NCBI GenBank assembly: GCA_043801855.1 | Contig: JAZDLQ010000017.1 | Coordinates: 90,625 to 154,624, forward strand | Length of the DNA stretch: 64,000 nucleotides | Direction of reading: 5' to 3' | DNA from: an archaeon | Lineage (GTDB): Archaea; Nanobdellota; Nanobdellia; Woesearchaeales; GW2011-AR15 | Shown: positions 29,371 to 38,521 of the stretch, piece by piece | Layout: the number at the start of each line of letters is the position of its first letter | Numbering within the stretch: position 1 is the stretch's first letter | Made by a program: the position numbers and the translations under genes | The notes under the pieces: generated by a model | Told to the model about the DNA's origin: nothing | Seen by the model: only the letters and a program-made list of their open reading frames with translations | The model's database searches: none

Positions 29371-31332
29371 ATGGATATGTCTGGCTATCTTAATGAATTT
29401 GTATCAGAAGCTAAAGATCATTTGGATGAATTAAACAATGCTATACTTGATCTGGAAAAAGAGCCGGAAAATAAAGATATTATTAACAGGATGTTTCGCT
29501 CAAGCCATACTCTAAAGGGAAATGGGGCAGCAATGGGTTTTTTAAAATTTGCAGAGCTTGCACATTCTATCGAAGATGTGATGTCAAAAATAAGAGACGG
29601 AAAAATTGCTGCTGATAGTGGCATCATTAATATTATCCTTCAGGGATGCGATATAATGGAAAAAAGCCTTGAAAATATTGCACTTGGCAAGGAAGATACA
29701 ACTGAATCTGAAAACCTAATTGAAGAGTTTAAAAACATTACCAATATAAAACCTGAAAAAAGCACAGCGCAAAATGTCTGTGCAAAGACGATTCTTACAG
29801 AAATTGAAAAAAAAGAGATAGATGATGAAACTGCCAAAGGAAATAATGTATTTAGGATTGTCCTTGTTTTTGAAAAAAATAACAATCTAAAGAGCGCAAA
29901 GGCAAGCGTATTGCTAAGAGAATTACGCAAAAATGGCAAAATTATCAAAACAACGCCAGATGCAGAAAAAATTAGTAAAGGCGAAATAGGTTTAGAGCTG
30001 GAAATAATTGTTTGCACAAATATGCAAAAAGAAAGCTTAATATCAGCTATTGATAAAGTATCTGGAATATCAAGCATTTTTGTTTTATCACTGGATGAAG
30101 AATATGTAAAAAGCACCCAGCAAAAAAACGAGGAAAAAGAGGCCGCTAAAGCGCAAATTATTAACGAGCACAAGAATTATGCAGTAGGTAAAGTTCAAAA
30201 CATTAAGGTGAGCATGGAAAAACTTGACAAACTTATGAATCTTGTTGGCGAACTTCTAATAAGCAACATCAGGCTTCAGGATATTGCCCATAAGAAGGAT
30301 TATGACCGGTTAAAGCTTGTTTTGAATGATGTAGATAGGCTTGTTCTTGACCTGCAATCAGATATAATGGAAGTGAGGATGGTGCCGATAGGAAGCATTT
30401 TCAATAGATTCCCAAGAATGGTTAGGGATATTGCAAATCATGAGAAAAAAAATGTGAATCTGATTATTGAAGGAGAAGATATTGAGTTTGACAGAACTGT
30501 TTTGGATAAAATAGGCGATCCTCTTGTTCATCTTCTGAGAAATTCAGTCGACCATGGCATAGAGCTGCCTGATATTAGGTTAAAAAAGGGAAAGCCGGAA
30601 GAAGGAATAATTAAGCTTATTGCAAAAAGGGAGAAGAGCAAAGCAATAATTGAAGTATCAGATGACGGCGATGGAATAGACCCAAAAGCAGTCGCAGAAA
30701 CCTGTATAAGAAAGGGTACTTTGACCAAAGAGCAGGTTGAAAAAATGAGTGATAAAGAACTTCAGATGCAGATTTTTGTTCCTGGAACAACCACCAGTAA
30801 AGTGATTACAGAACTATCCGGCAGGGGCGTTGGCATGGACACTGTAAAAAGCATGATTACTAGTCTGAGAGGAACTGTCCGGCTAAGCAGTACTGTTGGA
30901 ATAGGCACTAGTGTTACAATTGAGCTTCCTTTAACTGTTGCAATAGTTACAGCTCTACTGGTTGAAGTGGGCGGCGATTTATATGCAATTCCACTATCAA
31001 ATGTCGACCAAACTGTTGATATTAAATCTGAAGATATTAAAACAGGCATAGGCCATGATGTTTTTTTGCTGAGAGGAAAAGTAATTCCTTTGTTTTGGCT
31101 AGATGAGTTACTTAGATATGGCAATAAAAAAGTAAGCAAAAAAGTAACTGTTATAATTGTAAATAAAGAGGGTGAGGAATGCGGTTTTGCAGTTGACTCA
31201 ATATTTTCAAAGCAGCAAGTATTAATTAAGTCTTTTTCAGATACGCTAAAAAGTGTTACATCGTTTTCAGGTGCAACTATTCTGGGTGACGGAAAAGTTG
31301 CGCTAATCCTTGATGTGAACTCGTTAATATAA
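29371..31332 (+). CDS. cheA: CheA histidine kinase
   Basis: HPt HTLKG, P2 domain, HLLRNSVDHGIE, SGRGVGMD, C-terminal CheW domain. Confidence 0.97.
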   Translation: MDMSGYLNEFVSEAKDHLDELNNAILDLEKEPENKDIINRMFRSSHTLKGNGAAMGFLKFAELAHSIEDVMSKIRDGKIAADSGIINIILQGCDIMEKSLENIALGKEDTTESENLIEEFKNITNIKPEKSTAQNVCAKTILTEIEKKEIDDETAKGNNVFRIVLVFEKNNNLKSAKASVLLRELRKNGKIIKTTPDAEKISKGEIGLELEIIVCTNMQKESLISAIDKVSGISSIFVLSLDEEYVKSTQQKNEEKEAAKAQIINEHKNYAVGKVQNIKVSMEKLDKLMNLVGELLISNIRLQDIAHKKDYDRLKLVLNDVDRLVLDLQSDIMEVRMVPIGSIFNRFPRMVRDIANHEKKNVNLIIEGEDIEFDRTVLDKIGDPLVHLLRNSVDHGIELPDIRLKKGKPEEGIIKLIAKREKSKAIIEVSDDGDGIDPKAVAETCIRKGTLTKEQVEKMSDKELQMQIFVPGTTTSKVITELSGRGVGMDTVKSMITSLRGTVRLSSTVGIGTSVTIELPLTVAIVTALLVEVGGDLYAIPLSNVDQTVDIKSEDIKTGIGHDVFLLRGKVIPLFWLDELLRYGNKKVSKKVTVIIVNKEGEECGFAVDSIFSKQQVLIKSFSDTLKSVTSFSGATILGDGKVALILDVNSLI

Positions 31333-31349
31333 TGAGGTGTTATTATAAA

Positions 31350-31964
31350 ATGGATGGTGTGAAGCTTACAGAAATGGAGCAGGATGCGCTAAGGGAGTGC
31401 GCAAATGTAGGCATTGGAAATGCTGCTACATCACTTTCAATATTGCTAAAAAAGAGAATTAATATAAAAATCCCTGAAGTGAAATTTATTCCAATTGAGA
31501 AGTTTTCTCTTGAAATAGGAGGGCCTGAGACAGTTGTTTCAGGAATATATCTTACTGTCCAGGGTGATCTGCAGGGAGAGGTAATATTTATCTTTCCTAA
31601 AAATGATGCGCTTGAGCTTGTCTGCCTTCTCCTGGGAAACGCACAAACAGAATTGACTCCGGAACTGTCAGAATCCGGCTTCAAGGAAATGTCAAATATT
31701 GTTACAGGCTCTTACCTAAACGCGCTTGCAAATATGCTTGACCTTAAAATTCTTCCTTCAATACCGCACACAGCAACAGATATGGCTGGTGCATTGATTG
31801 ATTTTCTCTTAAGTAAAGTTGCTCTGTATTCAGATAATATCTTAGCAATTAAAACAGAAATATATATAGATGAACATAGTATTACAGGAACCTTTATTAT
31901 AATATTTTCAATTGAGAGCTTAAATAAAATTATGGATATGTTGCATGATAAATATGGCGTATGA
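31350..31964 (+). CDS. cheC: CheC phosphatase (paralogue 3)
   Basis: DALRECANVG and FKEMSNIV sites; start uncertain (31332/31350). Confidence 0.92.
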   Translation: MDGVKLTEMEQDALRECANVGIGNAATSLSILLKKRINIKIPEVKFIPIEKFSLEIGGPETVVSGIYLTVQGDLQGEVIFIFPKNDALELVCLLLGNAQTELTPELSESGFKEMSNIVTGSYLNALANMLDLKILPSIPHTATDMAGALIDFLLSKVALYSDNILAIKTEIYIDEHSITGTFIIIFSIESLNKIMDMLHDKYGV

Positions 31965-32568
31965 ACTGACTAAATCACAGCTTGATGCAATTAATGAAAT
32001 GTGTAATATAGGCGTAGGAAGAGCTGCAACGTCACTCTCAAAAATACTTAATAGAAAAATTGAAGTGACTGTCCCAAGTTTTTCTTTTCTTCCAATTTCA
32101 GAATGCCTTAATAAGTCTGGGAACGAATCGCTTTGCGGGCTTCGCCTTGCTATGGAAGGAGATATAAAAGGTGAAACAGTGCTTCTGTTTGAAGAAAGCG
32201 CAGCACAGACACTTTCAAGAATGGTATGCAACAGTGCAGGTATAGAAAGCGCATGGAGCCGTGAAGAGGAAAATGGGGCATTTTGTGAATTTGCAAATAT
32301 TTTTATTGGCAATTTCCTTAACGCAATATCTGATATGCTTTGCTTTAGAATTACTCCCGGGCTACCGCAGGAAACTGCAACAAGCTTAAGGTTAGTTCTT
32401 GAAAATTTGATGCATATGGAATCAATGAGTAGCGTATCCAATTATTTACTGCTTATAAATTCAGCTTTTTTTGTGTCTGAAAAAAATATTGAGGGTGAGA
32501 TACTTTTGTTTTTTACTGATGATTCTTTGCAATTGCTATTAGGGAGGCTGCAAAATAAAATAATATAA
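31954..32568 (+). CDS. cheC: CheC phosphatase (paralogue 4)
   Basis: DAINEMCNIG and FCEFANIF sites. Confidence 0.88.
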   Translation: MAYELTKSQLDAINEMCNIGVGRAATSLSKILNRKIEVTVPSFSFLPISECLNKSGNESLCGLRLAMEGDIKGETVLLFEESAAQTLSRMVCNSAGIESAWSREEENGAFCEFANIFIGNFLNAISDMLCFRITPGLPQETATSLRLVLENLMHMESMSSVSNYLLLINSAFFVSEKNIEGEILLFFTDDSLQLLLGRLQNKII

Positions 32569-32574
32569 AGTAAA

Positions 32575-33075
32575 ATGGAACTAAGCAACCAATTAATAGT
32601 TGACATGGGAAAATTTGTAATTGCGCATAATCCTGATACTCTTTGCGTGCTTGGAATTGGAAGCTGTATAGCGGTAGTTTTATATGATTTAGAGCAGCAT
32701 ATTGGCGGCCTTGCCCATGTGATGCTGCCTGACAGCAAATCCATGGGAAGGGACACCACCAAGGAATTAAACCTTAATAAGTTTGCAGACGTGGCAATAC
32801 CAAATATGCTATCTGAAATGCAAAAAAAAGGCTGCAAAAAAGAGCGTATAAAAGCAAAAATTGCTGGCGGAGCGCATATGTTTAAGACAATAGTTGAAAC
32901 TGAGATTCTTGAGATTGGAAAAAGAAATATAGAGGCAGTAAAAAGCGCATTGGATCAATTTAGTATTCCTCTTATTGGCGAAGACACAGGTGGGTCTTGC
33001 GGAAGGACAGTGAGATTTGATATTTCAACAGGAGTTGTGACGGTTAGGACTATAAATGGAATCTTTAAAATCTAG
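32575..33075 (+). CDS. cheD: CheD deamidase
   Basis: LGIGSCIAV, GLAHVMLP, KIAGGA, IGKRN, EDTGG..GRT. Confidence 0.96.
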   Translation: MELSNQLIVDMGKFVIAHNPDTLCVLGIGSCIAVVLYDLEQHIGGLAHVMLPDSKSMGRDTTKELNLNKFADVAIPNMLSEMQKKGCKKERIKAKIAGGAHMFKTIVETEILEIGKRNIEAVKSALDQFSIPLIGEDTGGSCGRTVRFDISTGVVTVRTINGIFKI

Positions 33076-33937
33076 TGAGCAAGCTCAGCAAATAAAATCA
33101 GCTGACATGGAGGAATTAAGAAGGCTGATTGCAAGCCTGCTGAAATTTAACACCAGCCAGTATACAGACAGTTTCATTTTACGTAGAGTTAATATACGCC
33201 TAAGAGTTAAGAATATCTCTTCTATTTCAGAGTATAACTTGCTTCTTGCTAAAGATATTGCTGAAAGGGATTTGTTAAAAAAAGAATTGACAATCCATGT
33301 TACCCATTTTTTCAGGGACTTTTCAGCATATTCTGCATTTGCAAAAGATGCAATACCAATAATTTTTGAAGCTAAAAAAAATAGTTCAAAAAAAACTATC
33401 AAAATTTTATCTGCAGGCGGATCAACCGGCGAAGAGGCATATTCAATTGCAATTTGCTTTGCTGAAGCGATGAGAGAATCCAATTTTAAATTCAATGTTA
33501 ATATCATTTCATGCGATCGTGATGATGCAACAATTGAAAAGGCAAAAATCAGCGTTTATGAGGAAAGCCAATTCAAAGAGACGCCTCCGGAATACGTTGC
33601 CAGATATTTTTCAAAGTTCAATGATGAAAAGACCTATTATCCTATTGATTTGATACGAAAAATGGTGCAGTTTGTCAAATGCGATCTTCTCCTTTATGAT
33701 ATTGAATCCGGATATGATGCAATTTTTTGCAGAAACACAGTAATATATTTTAACAGGCATGCAAAAGAAATTCTTTACTCTCATTTCTATGATTGCCTAA
33801 ATGAGCCGGGGTTTCTCATACTTGGAAAAACAGAGCTATTGGCTGGCAGGGCAAAGGAGCAATTTAGCATATTTAATTCAGTTGAAAGAATATACAAAAA
33901 AGAGAATATTCAGGCAGCCGCCAATAACAATCTATAA
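33056..33937 (+). CDS. cheR: CheR methyltransferase
   Basis: TIHVTHFFRD, SAGGSTGEEAYS, IFCRNTVIYF. Confidence 0.95.
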   Translation: MESLKSSEQAQQIKSADMEELRRLIASLLKFNTSQYTDSFILRRVNIRLRVKNISSISEYNLLLAKDIAERDLLKKELTIHVTHFFRDFSAYSAFAKDAIPIIFEAKKNSSKKTIKILSAGGSTGEEAYSIAICFAEAMRESNFKFNVNIISCDRDDATIEKAKISVYEESQFKETPPEYVARYFSKFNDEKTYYPIDLIRKMVQFVKCDLLLYDIESGYDAIFCRNTVIYFNRHAKEILYSHFYDCLNEPGFLILGKTELLAGRAKEQFSIFNSVERIYKKENIQAAANNNL

Positions 33938-33953
33938 ATAGTCTTTAGTTATA

Positions 33954-34631
33954 TTGATTTTCATGGGCGCCATGGGTAAAAAAGAGGCAATTGGCGAAAA
34001 GCAAAAAGAGCCAGGCAAATTTGAAGGCATTACAATACTTGAGCTTGATACTCTTAGAGAGCTTGCAAACATTGGTACAGGAAACGCAAGCATTGCCCTT
34101 TCTTCGCTGCTGAATACTCGGGTTAATATTAGTATTCCTACAACAGCTCTTGTGAATATCAAAGAAGTTGCTGGCTACATAAAAAGCAGCAATGAAATGA
34201 CAATTGGCTTGTACAGCAGCATTACGCAAGGCATAAGCGGAAATTTAATTGCTATGTTTCCGGTAGACAGTGGAATAATTCTTGCAAACAGCCTTGCTTT
34301 TAATGAGTCAAGCGGAGCAGATGTGCTTTCAAAGAAACATGCGGAAATACTCAAGAAACTTGGCAGTGTGCTGTATGCAATTTACCTATCGAGTATTGCC
34401 GGTTTTTTACGCTCAAATATTACTTTTCAGCCACCAAATATAATTTCTACTATGGGCAGCTCAATTATTGATTTTATTCTTGTTGATATTGACCAAAATG
34501 AAAAATGCTTGCTGATAAACCTTGGTTTTGACGCAATGAATAAGGCAATTAAAGGAGATTTTATTTTGATTTTTACAGTATCTTCGCTTATGCCGATGCT
34601 TGAAAAACTTAGAAAAGAGGATGCTAAATGA
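33954..34631 (+). CDS. cheC: CheC-family protein (paralogue 5; second site degenerate)
   Basis: DTLRELANIG; second site reads LKKLGS; start uncertain. Confidence 0.85.
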   Translation: MIFMGAMGKKEAIGEKQKEPGKFEGITILELDTLRELANIGTGNASIALSSLLNTRVNISIPTTALVNIKEVAGYIKSSNEMTIGLYSSITQGISGNLIAMFPVDSGIILANSLAFNESSGADVLSKKHAEILKKLGSVLYAIYLSSIAGFLRSNITFQPPNIISTMGSSIIDFILVDIDQNEKCLLINLGFDAMNKAIKGDFILIFTVSSLMPMLEKLRKEDAK

Positions 34632-35164
34632 ACATTAATCTTGAATCCGAATTAAAAGAAAAAAAAACTATTCTTGTTGTAATACCAAATGTCGAATACC
34701 AGGAGACAATATTAAGCTTATGCAGACAGCTTAATACCAACTATAACAGAATTGCCTATATTAGCCTGAATAAATTAATAACCCCTCTTCGCCGCACACT
34801 TGAAGATAATAAAATTAATACTGAAAAGTTCTTTTTTATTGACGGAATCACAAAAACAGCGATACCAAATCCGCCATCTTCATCTAATATTATCTATGTT
34901 CCAGCGCCAAATGACCTAACAAAACTTAGCATTGCAATAACAAAGGTTTTGCAGACATTTGACCCGGACTGCCTGTTTTTTGAGAGCATGTCAACACTTC
35001 TTATCTATGAAGAAGAAAAAGTCATCAGCCAATTCATGTATTCGGTTGTAAATAAAGTAAACGCATTTGGCATCCGCTGCATCTTAACATGCCTTGATGG
35101 CAGAAAAGAAGAGATATTAATAAATGACTTAAGCTTAGTACTTGATAAGATTGTGAAGAGATAG
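34628..35164 (+). CDS. Degenerate RecA/KaiC-fold protein lacking Walker A (DUF835/DUF7504-like)
   Basis: YISLNK, FFIDGI, LFFESMSTLLIY. Confidence 0.65.
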   Translation: MNINLESELKEKKTILVVIPNVEYQETILSLCRQLNTNYNRIAYISLNKLITPLRRTLEDNKINTEKFFFIDGITKTAIPNPPSSSNIIYVPAPNDLTKLSIAITKVLQTFDPDCLFFESMSTLLIYEEEKVISQFMYSVVNKVNAFGIRCILTCLDGRKEEILINDLSLVLDKIVKR

Positions 35165-35222
35165 ATATTAATAGTAAAATTTAATTCATTTATTTATTAA
35201 TAATCTGTTTGGAGAAAATTAA

Positions 35223-37733
35223 ATGAAAAGAAAAGTTAAACTTATAACTTTTTTTCATATCTTTTTATTGTTTGTTTGCCTGATATTTTTTCAATCTTGT
35301 TTGCTGAAAAACACTGTAGTATACGCTGGCTATGATCAGTGCACTGACAAGCCAGAAGGCGAATGTACAGGAAAATGTGTATTTATTAACAGCAAATGCG
35401 AGAAAATGACGAAACCTGTTTCAGAATGGATAGATATTCCTTTTGAGGATTATTCAAAAGAGTTATCTTCGTTAGTAAGTGCAGCAAAACAGGAAAAAAA
35501 AGATATTTCTTTGGGAAAAAATATAGGAAAGCAGCAGGCAATTGAAAGAAACGCCTTATTAGAGTCGTCAATTACATCACTTTCTAAATACACAGATGAT
35601 GCAAATATTAAAAATTATGAACTTAAAGAAGGAAAAAAAGTAATAACATATAAAATATTTAATGAAAATACTGCTGCAATTTCAAATGCTGTATACAATA
35701 TTCGCCATACTTCTTATTCTGGCAATGTTGAAAAATACCGGGAAAACAACAAACTGATTGCTATTGAAGAAAGCAGTACACCAAGCACTAATGGAATTAC
35801 TGGCAAGGCAAGCAGAATAGTTATTCCAGCAAATACTGAGGTTGTTGGAAGCGCGACGCCAGCAAAAAAACTAATTGTTGTTGTTGAGGGTGGAATCTAT
35901 GACGCAATTAGTAATAGCCTTAAGCAATATGAGCACGACCTTGAATCATGCAATGAATATGATGTAGAGTTTTACTTATGCAATCAATGCAGCCATATAC
36001 AGATAAAAACTATGCTGCAAAATAAATATGATAACGGAAACGGAAATCTTGCGGGAGCGGTTTTTGTAGGTGATTTGCCAAGCGCATGGTTTACCGTAGG
36101 TTGCTGGGGATATGAAGTCTTTCCAACAGAGTTATTTTTCATGGATTTAAATGGGGATTGGAGTGGTGGGACAGGCTATTCAAACTTACCTTTTACACAA
36201 CATGAAGGAAACAGACAGCCTGAAATATTTGCTGCAAGAATAACTGCTCCAGAAGAAAACAGTGAGATAGTGATGATAATAAATTACTTTGAAAAAGTCC
36301 ATAATTTTAAAACAGGTAAGATTAGTTTCAATAAAAAAGCGCTGCTCTATAACGAAGATGACTTTGTTTCATGGACAGGCACTTATATTAATCAAATGAA
36401 GCAATTATACTCTAATTATGAAGCAATTGACGATCCTTATGTTACAACTGCCCAGGATTATATTAATAGGATAAGAAACCAATATGATCATGTATGGATA
36501 TCTACACATGCCGGGCATTCACCCTCGCGCCATGCCTTTAAAATACCTGGTATTCCTGACTATGGAGGAGGCTATACTACTTATGAAGATATAATGAATA
36601 CTAAACCAAAACAGCTTTTTTACAATGTTGATTCTTGCACTTCAGGAAGATACACAGAGAATCATTATTTAGCAGGCGGATATGCATTTCAAGCGGACTA
36701 TGGTCTAATATCTTATGCATATTCTAAATTAGGTGGTTTTTATTCATTGGGTTCATATTATGTCTCATTATCAAAAAACGAAAATTTTGGTACAGCATTT
36801 AAAACATGGTTTTCTAATAATTTGAATTATTGTTGGGATTATGGAAATGTTCTTATTGGTGATCCTACTTTAAGGGCACGGCCCCCCTATGATTATCTTC
36901 CAGATGATGATGGCGACAAATTTGCCAATTGCATGGACAATTGTGTAATTATGAATAACCCTGATCAATCTGATTTTGACAAAGACGGATTAGGCGATGC
37001 ATGCGACACAGACATTGATGGTGATGGCTTTTTAAACGGTGTTGATAATTGCCCATTAATGCCAAACCCAAACCAGGTAGACGGCGACTTAGACTTAGAC
37101 GGATATACATCAAAGTGTAAAAAGACAGATGGAACACCCTTTATTGGCTTTTGGGATTGCGAAGAAGATACTACGGGAGATCCACAGCATTGGTGCGAAT
37201 CAGGAACACGTGCTGGATTTGCCTGCGATTGCCCAGGCGGCGGAAAAGCACCACTACAAGGCTATAATGTTTGCTATGGCGGAGATAGGAACGGAAAAAT
37301 AAGTGAATGCCCAGGACAAGTTGATACTACTTGCCCTTCTAGTACAGGTATATGTGCTGAAGGATTAAGAAAAGGCATGAAATGCGATTGCCCTAATCCT
37401 GGGCCAGGTATTGGTCAGCCAAGGAACCTATGTGCTGGCGGAAGAAGAGACAGTCTTGAATACGATTGTGGTGGCAATGATTTTGTTGTAGATTGTATAC
37501 CTGTGCCTCTATGCAGCAAAGCGAAAGGCAGATGCAATTATAACCCTATTACTACATCAAAGAACCCAATTGAAAAGTTCTATATGGGCGAATGCGCAGT
37601 ATGCACTAACCCAAACAAAGTGTTGGAAAATGACAAAAGTAAAGTAGTATGCAACGACAATATAGATAACAACTGCAATGGAATTGTCAATGAGTGCAAT
37701 CAAGTATCTTTGCCTATAATCATAAGGCAGTGA
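35223..37733 (+). CDS. Secreted C25 (gingipain-like) cysteine peptidase with TSP3-like and Cys-rich repeats
   Basis: Signal peptide; AVFVGDLP, PEIFAARI, THA/DSC putative dyad, IGDP; DxDxDGxGDACD repeats. Confidence 0.75.
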   Translation: MKRKVKLITFFHIFLLFVCLIFFQSCLLKNTVVYAGYDQCTDKPEGECTGKCVFINSKCEKMTKPVSEWIDIPFEDYSKELSSLVSAAKQEKKDISLGKNIGKQQAIERNALLESSITSLSKYTDDANIKNYELKEGKKVITYKIFNENTAAISNAVYNIRHTSYSGNVEKYRENNKLIAIEESSTPSTNGITGKASRIVIPANTEVVGSATPAKKLIVVVEGGIYDAISNSLKQYEHDLESCNEYDVEFYLCNQCSHIQIKTMLQNKYDNGNGNLAGAVFVGDLPSAWFTVGCWGYEVFPTELFFMDLNGDWSGGTGYSNLPFTQHEGNRQPEIFAARITAPEENSEIVMIINYFEKVHNFKTGKISFNKKALLYNEDDFVSWTGTYINQMKQLYSNYEAIDDPYVTTAQDYINRIRNQYDHVWISTHAGHSPSRHAFKIPGIPDYGGGYTTYEDIMNTKPKQLFYNVDSCTSGRYTENHYLAGGYAFQADYGLISYAYSKLGGFYSLGSYYVSLSKNENFGTAFKTWFSNNLNYCWDYGNVLIGDPTLRARPPYDYLPDDDGDKFANCMDNCVIMNNPDQSDFDKDGLGDACDTDIDGDGFLNGVDNCPLMPNPNQVDGDLDLDGYTSKCKKTDGTPFIGFWDCEEDTTGDPQHWCESGTRAGFACDCPGGGKAPLQGYNVCYGGDRNGKISECPGQVDTTCPSSTGICAEGLRKGMKCDCPNPGPGIGQPRNLCAGGRRDSLEYDCGGNDFVVDCIPVPLCSKAKGRCNYNPITTSKNPIEKFYMGECAVCTNPNKVLENDKSKVVCNDNIDNNCNGIVNECNQVSLPIIIRQ

Positions 37734-37927
37734 TTTTCAATTGTGACTAAATTCAATGATAACTAAAATAATAATTGCTACAGTTTATTAACTCTATAAT
37801 ATACACGCAGCAATTGTGTTGCAATAGATCTGTTTATAATATATTTTGAAGTAATTTCTTTGCCATACTATTTCTTTTAATCTAATTTATCTTTCAAAAA
37901 AAGCAAATGTTTATATATAACTATTTC

Positions 37928-37995
37928 AATTATGATAACATAACTCAGTATTTTAGTTAACATTAATAGTATATTAGTAGTATGTTATCGTAATT
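37928..37995. promoter_or_regulatory. 15-bp imperfect inverted repeat directly upstream of the wHTH gene
   Basis: aattatgataacata 37928-37942 vs tatgttatcgtaatt 37981-37995 (14/15). Confidence 0.5.
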
Positions 37996-38517
37996 ATGAT
38001 AAGCGAACAACTTGAAATAATTAATCTCCTTTCTGATGGCTTTAATAGCGAGCGAACCATCAACCAAATTTCTAAGTCGATAAATAAGTCATATGCTTTT
38101 ACAAACAAATATGTAAGAGAGCTAATTCATGATGGCATATTATCAAAAAAGATTGTCGGAAGCGCAATACTTTGCTCGCTAAATCTAAAAAACGAGCTTA
38201 CCCGCTCCCTTCTTGCATACAACTCAATTGTTGAAAAAAACAAATTTTTTGAAACGCTTAAGCCAGGCAAAAAGGAGACTTTGCAAAATCTTGCGGCAAG
38301 CCTCGAGTCAAAAGCATTCTATACATGCTATCTGGAAAATTCAAATGTATTTATTGTTGCTGATAATGATGTTCAAATTGAAAAAATAGACGGATTCAAT
38401 GTTAAGCTGCAGACAAAAACCGAATTTAAGCTATCAGTAAACAAAGTCAACTTTTCAAATATTATTGTCCTAAAAAATAACGAGCTATTTTGGGAATTAG
38501 TGGAGAAGATGGTGTAA
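37996..38517 (+). CDS. Winged-helix transcriptional regulator with degenerate C-terminal domain
   Basis: TINQISKSINKSYAFTNKYVRELIHDGIL..KIVGS. Confidence 0.75.
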   Translation: MISEQLEIINLLSDGFNSERTINQISKSINKSYAFTNKYVRELIHDGILSKKIVGSAILCSLNLKNELTRSLLAYNSIVEKNKFFETLKPGKKETLQNLAASLESKAFYTCYLENSNVFIVADNDVQIEKIDGFNVKLQTKTEFKLSVNKVNFSNIIVLKNNELFWELVEKMV

Positions 38518-38521
38518 AGCT

